A stretch of DNA of 64,000 nucleotides. It comes from the human T2T-CHM13v2.0 reference genome, Homo sapiens. A program made the translations under genes and the position numbers. This document shows, piece after piece, positions 50,618 through 64,000 of the stretch. Location of the stretch: the NCBI RefSeq assembly GCF_009914755.1, contig NC_060926.1. One strand, 5' to 3'. Each line of letters opens with the position of its first letter. Within the stretch, counting starts at the first letter, position 1. The notes beneath the pieces are model-generated. The model was given only the letters and a program-made list of their open reading frames with translations. It had not been told where the DNA came from and searched no databases.

Positions 50618-51094
50618 TAGGCCAAATAGAGAACAAAGAGAAGCCAATTATGTTATCACTTATAAAGCTTGTGTTGCAATGTAGCATATATAATTTCCAC
50701 TCACATTCCATTAGTTAAATAACCAAGCTCATAATTTAGTAGAGTGGGAAAGGATAATCCTCATACAAGGGTCATGGCAATGGACTGAGAAGCAAATAGT
50801 TGGGATCAAATATGAGATACCATACACATTTATCTTGATTACATGTGTTTGCATCACTCTCATAAGCTAAGCAAAATCCAAATGAGAACTGTTAAATTCT
50901 ATGAATTAAATTGTGTTTTTTAAATTTCTAGAGGTGAAATTTCTTAATATTTTTGCACAACTACTTTTGGATCCTTATCTAAGAATTTACAACCTTTCTC
51001 TGTACATACATGAAGACCTACATTTGATTTGTTTTAATTATTTTTATTTCTAAAAGAACCTTGCCAAAGTATAATCATGCCAAATCCTGATATA

Positions 51095-51945
51095 AGCCCC
51101 CTTCTCTCACCTGGAAGACCACCCCGGCCTCCTAGCTGATCTCCTCATTTCTACTTTTTATCTCAGGGTCTATTGTCAACACACTCGACAGGGTGAGCCT
51201 GTCAAAATTAATCAGATCATGCCATTCTTCTAATCAAAACTCTCCCATTGCTGCTGCCCATTTAATGAAATTTACATTTTAATGTAAAGCACATGTAATT
51301 TACAGGTATGTATTTCTGAAAGAAATAACTTATTTTTAAAAAATGTTTAGTAAGCTGTTTTATCATCAAACTAATTTGTCAGTATGTAATTTCACACATT
51401 ATCTTATTTTCATTATTTCATTATTTTTTATGACCTTTCACTTTACAATTATGCTGTCTTTCAACTCTGATTAGTCTATGAATCTCTAGACACTCTGATG
51501 CCCATCTCTATACTGACTTCATCTCTTGTTATTTCTGTATTCCCCCTCACTCTACTGCAGCCACATTCCTTTCTCATCTTTCACATAGCATGCTTCAGGG
51601 CTTTGGTACTGCCTGTTCCCTCTAGCAGCAAAACACTCTTTTACTAGATATCTGTAGGATTTCTTCCATTGTCTTCTTCAAGTATTTTCTCAAATACCAA
51701 ATTCTCAATAAAATCTACCCTGGTCACCCCATTTAAATTGCAACCAATTCCACCTCTACCTTCACTCCTATACACATTGCAGGTTTTATTGCATTTTTTT
51801 CATAACACTTATTACCTTCTTACATGTATACTGTTTATTTATCCCCACTAAAATATAAACTACACAAATGCAAAGGCATTTGTCCATGATATTTGGCATT
51901 TGGCATCTTGTAAGCACTCAATAAATACTTGTGGGATAATTGAAT
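51095..51945 (+). mobile_element. L2 3' fragments
   Basis: ATCAGATCATGCCATTC..CAAAACTCTCC and terminal AAGCACTCAATAAATACTTGT. Confidence 0.7.
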
Positions 51946-52471
51946 TTTTTGGAAATTTGTTCTTAATATATCAAAATTCATTGATTTTTTGAAATGTCAG
52001 TAAATAAAGTGTATTTTATATGTGTACTAATATATGAAATTAATGTAAAAACATTTATTATCCAGTATGTTAATATTTGTTTTTCTATTTTAATTATAGA
52101 AACTGGACTACAATTAAAATCTATGTACATGAATTCCTGTATATATCTGTATTTGTATGATATATTCCTAGGAGGTGAATATTTGAGTTAATATTTATAT
52201 ATGTATTTTGAATGTTGATAGATAACTTCCAAAAATTTCATACTTATTTATAATTGAACATTGCAAAGAGGGTAATATTTCTTTTTATCCATATCAAATT
52301 TGCTATTTTAATTCTTTTAAATTATTCTATTAGACATATAATATTTTCTCCTGTATACTTAGTACCTCTTAACTACTCTGAATACAAGTACGATGGAATT
52401 CTTTTTATATGTAGCTCGAACATTTTTGAATTTTTTTCTTTGAACTGCCTGTTTATATCATTTGCCTTCAT

Positions 52472-52655
52472 CAGGGCCACTGTGAACCGCTGACTGGACA
52501 CCTTTGTGCAACAAAGAAAGTGTGCCTCCAGGTGGACACACCCTCAGGCCAGGAAGGCTTGATGAACACGATGTAGACTAGATTTCAGTTCCTTTCTGCC
52601 AGTTAACAAACCCCCCTGTGCAAGGCACAACCTATGCATATTTATATGGTAATCT
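52472..52655 (-). mobile_element. MER91A-like hAT-Tip100 element
   Basis: CAGGGCC start, ACACCTTTGTGC, CTAGATTTCAG, TGTGCAAGGCACAACC resemble the reverse complement of recalled MER91A. Confidence 0.6.
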
Positions 52656-52980
52656 TTATTCAACATTTTGCATAACTTCTTTATATATTAATTATAAATA
52701 TTCCTTTATGATATGATAGATACGATATATAATACATATATGTGTATATACATTTATGTAGCAGTTATTTTTTCACTTTGTTGCTTTCTTTTCATGTCTT
52801 ATGTATTAAAATTTTAATATCTAAGGTGAAATGTTCTAATAGTCTCCTCTTTAATATATTCATTAGCTAGAAAGATATAGACATACATCATATACATTTT
52901 ATAAGTGTTTATTCCTCATATTGCCATTAAAGTTTACTTTCTATCCACTGCCTTAAAATAACTTCATTATATATTATTTT

Positions 52981-53003
52981 ATATATATATATATATATAT
53001 ATA
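52981..53003. repeat. (AT)n microsatellite
   Basis: Direct reading. Confidence 0.93.
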
Positions 53004-55607
53004 GGTATTTTTGTGATATTATATTATTATTTGTTCTATTCTGACATATTTTTCTGGCGACTTATGCCTCCATTATCAGATTTAGGGGGAACAGAAATCT
53101 TTAAAACGCTGAGTCTTTCTGTTCATTAACATGGCATTTCTATGAATATTTTTAGAGCTTATTTTTATTCTTCAATAAACTATTACCACTTTCTCCATAG
53201 AGATTTTGCACATATCTTGGTGACTTTATTCCTAAGTTTTGCTATCTGTGAACAAAGTATTCATCCATGAGATATTCTATCTCATTATTTTGATTAATTG
53301 GAGAACTTTTGATTTTTATATTGATTGTGAATTATATTGATTGCAATAGTGTTTTAGTTGACTTTTCTCTCTCACATGTTCTCTCAGTCTGAACATCTGT
53401 TTATTAAAATAACATGTCACATGCTGACTCCACACTTTGGTTTTACTTTTTTGAAGAAGCGAATAAAGAGAGCTGCCTAGTAATGAGCAGTTTATGATCT
53501 AAGTAAACCCACTAGTATACTATCCTCAGAAAGAATATCTATCATTATGTTACACACCTGGACCATGAGAATAAGCAGCCCTGAGACAACAGGTGAGAGT
53601 GAAGGGAAAATGGCAATTTGGTATTACTATTTATATTTGCCTTTATCTACTCCAACTATAAAGTAAGCCTTAAGAAAAAAGTGTCTAGAATCTAATGTTT
53701 AGAATCATCAATTTGATCATCTAATAATGGCTAAAGAATATAATACAGAGAAAAACCTTTTCAACTTACACTGAATTCTAACTCTAGTGCCAAGTAGAAT
53801 TCACATTCTTGAGAATACCCACAGCATGTTGTGCACTCTAATATAAAATACTATAACTCTATTTAACTGAATAAACACTCTGAAACAAAAACATCCAACT
53901 GAAATTAAGTTGTATCTGGAATCGAAAAATACCTAATACATCACTAAGTTTACTATTATTTCATTCATTTTTCCTCCCATTTACTGACACTGGTTACTGA
54001 AAATTCTGTGTCAGAATTTCTTTGTTATCCCAGATGTCTAGATTTTCACTGGGTAAGCTGTTTGTCCCTGAAATCTATAAATGTAATGGATTCTATCTGG
54101 CATGCTTTTCCTATTCATTTTCCCAGATCTTACTTTATCAACATAATGTTCTGAGTTATTTAAGTAAATAAGAAAAAAATTAGTTATATTCATTCGAGTG
54201 GAAATATCTTTCTCTGAAGTCACCTACCCTTTCTTTTCATTCCTTGTCTTTTCCACCCAACACAACAAGCATGTGAGAAAATGAAATCTTTTTGTTCTTT
54301 GGTGTTTCAATTTACATTCTGTGTTTCAGTACCATGTCTCCAAAGAGAATGTCTGATTCTGAGTCACCCTGGGCCACCTGTGTTTAAAGGATGAGAACAT
54401 ATACGTTATGCCAAAAATAAAACTGTCATAACAAATTGATAAGGTAACATTTTATTAAAATCATTTGGAGCATTCAAAATATATATTCAGTAAAATGAGA
54501 AAAAAAGAAATTAGCCATTCTAATAATTACCTATTATCATTCAAAAATCAATTAAGTACATTATCAAGTACTCTGGAATATAAGGTGAGCATAATATAAT
54601 CAGAGAGTTATAACAAATACCATGACCATCTAAAAAACATGTAACCATAAATATTGTGAAGGAGTCTTTGTAAGCATTAAAAATACTCAGTTTCTTTTTC
54701 AATAGCACATAGCACTATATTTTCATGTATGATCCCTTCTCGTACCACTTTCTCAGATAACTCTATGTGATCTATGTGTTGCCTCTTATACTCTGTTACA
54801 GTTTCCTGTGATGTATTACTACAACCATTTAAAATATTTATATATTTTATTGTTTACATCTTTACTTTCCTTCCTTAAGGGTAAACTTCTTGTTTCAACA
54901 GCTTTTAACACAATGACATATTAACAACTAAAATTTGGTGGATTGAAGAGGGAAGTTAATTTTTAAAATGCCTGTCTTGAGAAGTTGTTGAACTTAATAA
55001 CATAGATTAGTCCCTTTTTGTTTATACTGTTCATTGTTATTATGCTTGGATAGTTCTGAAACATGAAATCCATGATGAGAACTATTTTTGTCTTTTTTAG
55101 TCTCCACCAAGTACAAAGAGTTTTCAAGTTCACAATAAATGAATATGTCAAGCTCTTATACTCTTGCATAGATAGAAACATTTTTCCCAATGGCAAGTCA
55201 GCTTCTAAAACCACCAATTCTTTAAATAAACAATTTTGTGAGCATCTAAAAAAGAACAAAAAATCGTAAAAGACATATTCCCAACAAGACATCTTTGAAA
55301 AAATACCTTGTGCCACAGCAAACTTTTAGCCTTTCATTTCAACCCACATTCTTCGGAGTGTAATAAATCAAGAATAGAGGAGACAATCAACAATATTAGA
55401 AAGCTGCTGAAGCACTGCATTGTTTGTGTGAGAGTAGGGAGAAATAATCATGAACTCTGCTCTAACAGATGAACATCAAAGAGAAGAGCATCATGGGACC
55501 AAAAGCTAAAATTCAAGTGAAAATGTGCCAGTGTGATTATTAAGAATGTGTGCATTTATAAGATTATTTTAAAGATTCTTGAAATCTAAGTTTGGTGTAA
55601 CAAATAA

Positions 55608-56030
<423 letters not shown>

Positions 56031-57294
56031 CAAATATGCTGGGTTTTTGTTTTTGTTTTTGTTTTTTGATAAATGTGTTCCCTTAAATCATTCAGAGTGG
56101 ATAACTTAACACACAATGATTATTTATTCTTTCATCACACAATGAAATAATTGTTCTATTCAGTATATGTCATCTGCTACATATACATACATTTTATTTA
56201 GTGTTACTATACACAGTATTATATGTGTGTGCATTCATTGCAACTATTATATATATTACACATAATATATATTATCCCTATTACATTAAAATTTATATTA
56301 TATTCAATATTTATATTTATATTATATGAATACTGAATATTGCATGTGTGTGCATAAAATATTTCTGTTGCAATGTACTCAAATATTTTTGCAAAAATTA
56401 TATAAATTTATCAGCATGATTTATAAAATCATAAGGAGGACTAAATGTGATGCTGGTTTTTCATGATGGCATCATAAATACAGTGCTCCACTATATTTTA
56501 CAAATATTGAAAATATAGAAAGGCTACATCTTTTATTTATAGTTACTAATTGTATAGTATTAGTATTACTAATTGTATTGTATATATACTGTATAATCAC
56601 AAGTACAGTTCCAGCCATTCAGTTTAGAATGCATAATCTATTGCTTAAAAAATTGCATTGTTCCATATGGATATACATAAATTCAGAAATCCAGGTATAT
56701 ATATCTCCAGAAAGACTCTTGGAAATTAAAATATCTATGTAAATAAATTTGGCTAAAAGTATTTTATTTTCATTAAGGAATTTAAAATGATATTTGAAAC
56801 AAAATTTTAATGAAAAGATCAAACAATAGAATGGCATATCATCTAAGCAAAAGAGGTCATCTAAGAGAAAGAGGTAAGGTCAAAATGTTTTACTTGTTTA
56901 ACTCATTTATTTCATATGTTGAAAGCCTATTACTAAAGAAATCTTACTCTACAAAGGAAAAAAGATAATAAATGACTCAAAATACAAAGAATTTTTGATT
57001 GTGTAAGATAAAAGTGACCACCAAAATCTGAATCTCTCAGCATATCCCCCCAAACTATTGAGATCAAGAATAAATACCATTCACAATCCACCCTGACAGC
57101 TAATTATAATACAAAGAATACATACTGTAAACCTATAGTTAGTTAAAATTAGAATTAATGGTCCTGGAAGAAAAGAAAAGGAAATAAAACATTAGAAAAC
57201 AAATCATTCATTCATCCAATACATGCACAAGTAAAAGGACTTTTCTAAAGCAGATACCAATAAGTAGGTTTGCTTGGTGATATTCTTCGCCCAG

Positions 57295-57390
57295 CTGTCT
57301 GCCTGCCTGCCTTCTTTCTTTCCTGCCTGTCTTCCTTTTTTCCTTCCCTCCTTCCCTTTCTATTTTCTCCCTTCTTCTTTCCTTCTTTGT
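57295..57390. repeat. CT-rich low-complexity tract
   Basis: CCTG/CCTT-type repeats. Confidence 0.8.
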
Positions 57391-58434
57391 ACTTCAAAAG
57401 AGAGTGGCATTTTGTTTCATATATACAGTGACCCCTCTTGTTATAAATGCATAAGTATGCTATATTAAATATGTTTACAATATTAATAAAATTGACAGAA
57501 AATTTTAAAAGTGTAAATAAACAATAATAATCCTTTCAATATATAAGAAGGCACCCAAAAGAAAAATAGGCAGAATACAAGAACAGGCATTTCTCTTTAG
57601 AGAAAACATAAATGGTTACTTATCATAGAAAATTTAGCTAACTTTGTTGGTAAACAGGAAATACAAATTGAAACCAAAATGTGACATTTTACGTCTTCCT
57701 GAATGGATCAATTAAAAAGGCTCATAACATGCTGATCCCAGATTTTCATAATCAGTTTGTAAAATAATTTTGTATTACCTAGTAAGTTTTAGCAGATACA
57801 CCCCTACAATGTGGTGGTTCTATTCATTGGTACAATTATAATGATTCCATAGATAATTAGCCAAATAGTGTATTGTTTAGGAAAGTGTATATTTCTAACA
57901 AAGCTATATAGTAAATCAATAGAATGTTTAACTCAACATTCAGTGGAAGAATTACCTCTTCCACTTCTTTTTCTATTTTTAATCTTCATTTTTCTTTGAT
58001 TTTTTTAAATTGAAATTTTCACAGTACATGGAATAACGAAGGGTATTAATCAATATCCAACAGCACACTTTAAAAGTTTTCTCCATCTAGAGCTGTCATA
58101 TTGACTGTGAATAGAGAGCTAATGCTTTCAATATGTGGAACTTGTATTGGGTCCATTAGCATAACAGGTTTTTATTAGAAGAGCTTGATGATTGTTTGGT
58201 AATTCATTCTACTGACTTTCTGTGCAGACAAACATTTTATGTACAGTAATAGCAGCTTTAGTTATTTTCCCCTGACATTTATCTTTTTTTCTTATTGCAT
58301 TATTCGGAATAGCCAGTAAAATATTTATTAGATTTACTTTCAGTGTGTATTTTAATTATGTCTTTAATAGGTATATTATACAGTTATTCATTTGAATTTA
58401 CTTTTCTCCACCTGGGATTAAAATTCATGAAAAT

Positions 58435-58726
58435 GGCTGGTTGCGGTGGCTTATGCTTGTAGTCCCAGCACTTTGAGAGGCCGAGGCAAGTGGATCTCTT
58501 GAGCCCGGGAGTTTTGAGATCAGCCTGGGCAACAAAGTGAGACCTCATGTATAGAAAAAATACAAAGATTAGCCAGGCATGGTAGATACTCAGGAGACTG
58601 AAGCAGGAGGATCATTTGAGCCCAAGAGGTAGAGGCTGCAGTGAGCTATGATGGCGCCACTGTACTCCACACTAGGCAACAGGGTGAGATCTTGTCTCAA
58701 ATAAATAAATAAATAAATAAATAAAT
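58435..58726 (+). mobile_element. AluJ with (TAAA)n tail inserted in an L2-like 3' end
   Basis: GGAGGATCATTTGAGCCC, GAGCTATGAT diagnostics; degenerate TSD AAATTCAT(G/T)AA. Confidence 0.9.
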
Positions 58727-59389
58727 GAAATTCATTAAGATTATTTATTTTAAAAATTATTTTATTTTCCAATGCCTAGACAAGTCTTTTCATATTTTAA
58801 ATACTGAAACATATACTTGTATTGAATTAGTAAATAAATTAAGGAAGAAATGAACTAAGAAATGCTAAAAACAAATTTATTCAAAAGACATGTTCTCTGT
58901 GAAGTTCTCTGTGCAGGCTTAGCTTTTCCAACTTCTCTTCCTTGAAGTCTTCCATTAGTTGAGAATTTTATCTACCCTGTTATGATTTATCTAGTTTGTT
59001 GATCCTTGAGAAATCAGAAACACTGATACCAAATCTAAGTGATACAGAACTGATGTCAAATGTACCTTGCAGTAGTGCAATATTTTCTTCTTTTAGTATC
59101 AACAAAAAGTAATGCAAAAACATGAAGTATTATGTCACTATAATGTATCTAATAAAGTTAACATTTATTTCCCCAAACTTTTTAGTTTTAATCATTAGTA
59201 TAATAAAACATAGGAAGAGAATAAAATGAAGTAGTATTTTTTTCATTCTAAGTATCTTTTAAAAACTGGCTCAGTCTTCATAAGAATTCCATCAGTCCTC
59301 TTCAAAATGACCATAATAAAAATTCTCAAAAAGAAAATAGGTCAGGTTGCTGTGTGTATAGAAGGCACCATCTGTAGATAGTATTAGCA

Positions 59390-59660
59390 CAGGAGGATCA
59401 TTTGAGCCCAAGAGGTAGTGGCTGCAGTGAGCTATGATGGTGCCACTGCACTCCACAGTAGGCAACAGGGTGAGATCTTGTCTCAAATAAATAAATAAAT
59501 GAAATGCATTAAGATTATTTATTTTAAAAATTATTTTATTTTCCAGTGCCTAGATAAGTCTTTTCATATTTTAAATACTGAAACATATACTTGTATTGAA
59601 TGAGTAAATAAATTAAGGAAGAAATGAACTAAGAAATGCTAAAAACAAATTTATTCAAAA
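59390..59660 (+). repeat. Second copy of 58604-58886 (spaced local duplication)
   Basis: Same AluJ right-arm part plus ~160 bp flank; 8 substitutions and a shorter TAAA run. Confidence 0.96.
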
Positions 59661-60819
59661 TCCCCCAGGCTGTGAATTATGGGGGAAATTTTAAAAGTCT
59701 AGAAAGGCGCATGGTTACAATGACGTGGTGACACAGTGACATCGAGCAGCTTTGATCTTGCATATGACAAAATTAGTAATTTTCTCTAACCTAGTGCAAA
59801 GAACAGTAGATCATCCAATGCACCCTTTGACAACTTATATTTACCTCAAAGGCAACAGTTAATTGGGCCCATGGAGTTGTACATCTGCCCATCTTTGCCT
59901 TTTTACAAATGAAGTTCACAGTCTTTGGGCTTATAGTCAAAGAATTGATGTTTAAAAGTTGCAATAATGTAAAGGGATATATGTAAATGTATATACACAA
60001 AAATAAATTATAATTTACATTTATGTCAGCCCAAATCAGTGTGATTTTGTTCACAAATATTAACAAAACTCATTTTCTTTTCCTAGGTACTATGGTAAGT
60101 ACCATGAATAAAAAAGGTTATGTGCCTTTGAGGAGCACATATGTACAATCCAGTGATAGTTTTAACAAAATGGCTTCCAAACTATAGTAAAATATTACGC
60201 ACAAAGATTTACTGGATAAGTGAAAGAACTGATTAATCCAGCCTCAAATGTGGGTGTTCGGCAATGCATACTTGTCAACTGTTAAAATATAACTAAATGA
60301 TAATGAGATAAACATTGCAATCTAATCATTCCAAATTGCAGAGATGTGAAGGGGTACAGTGTGTAGCAAGGAAATGCATGCTGTTCAATGTTATTCAAAG
60401 ATAAACTACAAAGTAAAGAGTTAGTAAAATATGAGGCAGAGAGACAGGATGGTTCCAGATATGCAGAATGTTGTAAATCTGGGGAAGTGTTAGAGCTCCT
60501 ATTAAATATTTAAACAAGTATATGCTGTGATCAGATTTACATTTCAATCAGATTCTATGATGCTCATAGTGAAACACTGTTTAAGAAAGTCAAACAGGGA
60601 GATTATTTAGGAGAGATTTTATGTTTCTGAAATAATGCAATATGAAATGAATTGTTCTAATTAAAAATATTTAGCAATATGATTGGTGATAATTCATGAT
60701 TATTAGATATAAATAATGTGAAAAAATCATTTATTTCAGCAGCACCACGAATGGCCTTTCTAACCTCAGCAATAGAAAACATCTTGAGGCAAGAAAATTC
60801 TGGATAAAAAAATGTAGAA

Positions 60820-61500
60820 TGAGGAGGAGGAGGGCTTCTGGAACGACTGAGTAAGAGGCTTGGTTAATGCCATCCCCCAAAAGCAGAAACAACACTTAGC
60901 AAAGTTGTCAAAAGCAACCAGTTACAGATTTAATAAATTGAGAAACATTCAAGAAGGCCTATTAAATCTTGGTAAAAGTGAGAGTCCAAGGCATTTCAGC
61001 CTGAGATTGCTCTCACCTCCTCAACATGCAGGACAGGAATCTCACCTCCCCAACATGTAGGACAGGACTCTCACCTCCCCAACGTATGGGGCAGGACTCT
61101 CACTTCCCCAACATGTAGGGCAGGACCCTCACCTCCCCAACATGTAGGGCAGGACCCTCACCTCCCCAACATGTAGGGCAGGACCCTCACCTCCCCAACA
61201 TGTAGGGCAGTCCTGCTGTGCTTTCAGACAAGCTGATTTTATTAGGAGTACACTGTGGGAAAATTCGTGCCCAGCACTGTCAAAAACAATAGATAGCTCC
61301 TGGCAAAAATTAGGGAAGTCTAGCATGGGATAGCTGGAGGTGATCATACTGTTGGTAGCAAACAGCACAATGGCAGACCAGGTACTTAACAGGCATATCC
61401 AGTGAAAGGGACAGCCAGAGTGCCTTGCCAAAATCTCACTTATTCTTGGTGGTCTGGAAAGTTGTGCAAAAGTCTGAGCCTGTTCATAAAATTTAGAGAG
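60820..61500 (+). mobile_element. Old L1M 5'-region fragment
   Basis: GC-enriched stretch resembling L1M 5'UTR (CAAAGTTGTCAAAAGCAACC, AATCTTGGTAAAAG). Confidence 0.45.
61012..61210. repeat. 29-bp minisatellite, ~6.9 units, CTCACCTCCCCAACATGTAGGGCAGGAC(C/T)
   Basis: Units start at 61012, 61041, 61070, 61099, 61128, 61157 and 61186. Confidence 0.96.
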
Positions 61501-61563
61501 GTCTCCAGTAAGTTACTTATATGTGACTGAACATGAGGCCTATAGAATACAGAAAGTAAAAAC

Positions 61564-61770
61564 TGTGAGACAACCATAAATTTTCTGAATGTAAATAAAA
61601 GTAACCATTGAAGAAAGAGGGATCACTAACAAAGACAACCTTAACTTTTCCCTTAGCTTGATTAAACTTTAGACAGGTCTTTCTTCCTGCCCTAGGCCCC
61701 TGACCTCCCACTTCACCTTGGGACCCTTACAGAATGCAGATGGCTAACTACAGAAACATGGCCCTCCATT
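61564..61770. mobile_element. ERV1 (MER4-group) LTR fragment
   Basis: CTTGATTAAACTTTAGACAGG..CTAGGCCCCTGACCTCCC motif. Confidence 0.45.
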
Positions 61771-61829
61771 TTTCCAATTATTTCTATACACTAATATAAT
61801 ACTCTGCTGACTATCTTCTATTACTGTCT

Positions 61830-62195
61830 CAGTGACTTCACTGTATGAACTACATTCATCTGGCTTCCGGTCTTAAATGGCTTATCTTGATTTCGGCCAA
61901 TGTTAACCCAGGAATGAGATTGAAGGGGGGGATCAGAATATGGGAAGGACATTTAATTCCCTGGATTCCTCTTTGCAAGTCCCCTTGGTTGGCCATGTCA
62001 CTTTTAAAGGGGTTTTCTTCTTCAGTGTCTGGTAACACCTCTACTCTCAAATCTCTTTATTTCTCAATATATTAGTAACTTGTGGTTCCCATGTGATTTC
62101 CCCACACTTTCATAAATAGTTTTTTTTATTAAAGTTTCCTTGAATTATCTTAATTTGAGAGTGCCAATGGTTTTCTATAGTGACAATGGCAGATA
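61830..62195 (+). mobile_element. LTR33-like ERVL LTR fragment
   Basis: AAATAGT..ATTAAAG..AATTTGAGAGTGCCA..TTTC 3'-end motif. Confidence 0.45.
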
Positions 62196-63339
62196 AAACT
62201 GCTGAAAGTAAAATCTGGTAAAAGCCCACAATGAGATGTGGGACATAGAGCAATGAGGCATCAGAATAAACTGAAGAATAGTATTAGTTTCAAAATTATT
62301 TAATAAAATATAGGAATATTGAATCAACAGATATTTTATTGTAATTATGTTCTGAGATCATACATGTACTATTTGTTTGATTCTACAGGGTAAATTCTGT
62401 TAATATAATTAATTCTACTCCATTTGTTATAATGAATGAAGAGAAACGTGATCATTTAAATGAATATCAACAGTCATTCAATTAATTATCATTAAATAAA
62501 AACTTTTTAATAAAATGCAAATAGCAGAAAGGAGCAGTTTCAGTGTTAATTACAGTAACAGTTTAGGCATTATTTATTTTGTACCCAATTAAATATGGTG
62601 GAATAATATTTTTTTACTTTCTGTGTTTTTTGATATTATATTTTATATTTTTATATATAATTTTTATATTATTAAGTTTAGTAATATAAAAATTAAATAT
62701 TAACTGCATGTCACAATGAGTCAAAGTTACAATCACAAGTAAATAACACATACCCAAAAAGTTTTAGTTTTAATTTACTCTGAAATGACAAACAGCATAT
62801 ACAATTCACATAAAATTTTATTTAAGATCCATTTTAAATCAAGTTTAATGTTCTCCCTGGAATTTATTATGAAACATCAATTATTTATTCATTGAATATA
62901 CATTCACTGAATATAAATTTTCATTTGGAGACAAGGGTTTGGTACTTATTTAATGTTGCTGATGCTTATAAATAAAATGCAAGTAACAAATTTATAAACT
63001 TGTGTATTTTTATTTAAAAGATTGATTTTGTGCTTAACTGAGCATGAAATATGTATATACATAAATATACATACTCAGATATAATATTAGCCATCTGTTA
63101 TTAATATAAATTATATTATTTTAAGTAATAACCTAAATAGATCTTGGTAAGTTCCCATTTTTATTCTTCAAATTATAATTTTCTAAAAAGATTCAAAAAT
63201 CAATTTATCATTTATTAAAATACCTTCGAAAGACTCTTGTTTGTGAGAAAGTTAACTGTATACAATATTAAAAAGAAACATTTTGTCTTTTATAGACAAA
63301 ATTCCATTCATCAATGCACTTTACTAAAATAGGTACATG

Positions 63340-64000
63340 CAAGTACTCTAATCCAAACTTAACATTGAAAACAATGCCATTTATGATAGCATGAAAAATT
63401 AAACACTTAGAAATAAATTTAACAAAGTAAATGAAAGATGTGTACATTTAAAACTATAAAACATTGATGAAGGAAATTGAAGAAGATACAAATAAATGGA
63501 AAGATATTATCTGCCCATGGGTTGAAATAATTGAGATTGTTAAAAATCCATCTATCCAAAGTCATCTATAGACTGTATGTAATCCCTATCAAAGTTAAAC
63601 TAGCGTTTTTCATAGAAATTAACAATTTCAAAAGTTAAATGGGAAAAAAGGCCATGAATAGCCAAAACAATGTTGAGAAAAAAACACATATTTGGCTGAA
63701 TCACAGTTCTTGATTTAAAATAGGTTAATTAGTAATCAAAACAGCACAGTACTGGCATGAAGTAGGAATGTAAGTAAATGCAACATAATAGAGCACCCAG
63801 AAATAAACTCCAACATGTAAAGTCAACCAATTTTCAACAAGCCTACCAAGGGGACACAATGGGGAAAGAATAGTCTCTTCAATTAATGATGTTAGGAAAA
63901 CTGAATTTTCACATACAAAAGAATCAAATTGGGCCCATATCTTATGCCAACCCAAAAATCAGCTCAAAATGGATTAAATCCCTAAATGTAAGACCTGAAA
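63340..64000 (+). mobile_element. L1M ORF2 fragment running off the window end
   Basis: AAAACTATAAAACATTGATGAAGGAAATTGAAGAAGATACAAATAAATGGAAAGAT ... AAATGTAAGACCTGAAA. Confidence 0.88.

Noticed and set aside
54963-55316. 117-aa minus-strand ORF
   Set aside because: AT-rich codon composition, no recognisable homology, no pseudogene hallmarks such as poly-A or TSD.
61012-61210. Minisatellite as a CRISPR-like array or p53 response-element array
   Set aside because: Units are head-to-tail with no unique spacers. CATG is followed 5 nt later by CAGG rather than 6 nt later by CWWG, so it does not fit RRRCWWGYYY x2.

Overview
AT-rich, non-coding human genomic DNA. Human-specific AluYa5 and AluYb8 insertions indicate the species. 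The window is built mostly from interspersed repeats: Alu J/S/Y, L1PA/L1PB/L1M, L2, MIR, MaLR and ERV1/ERVL solo LTRs, and the DNA transposons Tigger3, MER2, MER58 and MER91. It also holds microsatellites and a 29-bp minisatellite. I found no credible protein-coding gene, RNA gene or CRISPR array; the long ORFs are decayed L1 ORF2 or Alu translations. I did not find a new gene system. The notable signals are structural. (1) An apparent ~0.8-kb ectopic gene-conversion tract between two different-subfamily L1PA copies 28 kb apart, which share a frameshift and several private substitutions. (2) An AluYb8 that invaded and partly replaced an older AluS. (3) Four or five 5'-inverted (twin-primed) L1s. 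(4) A both-ends-intact mini-L1PA8. (5) A 270-bp spaced local duplication. Subfamily calls and consensus comparisons come from recalled consensus sequences, not from a database run.
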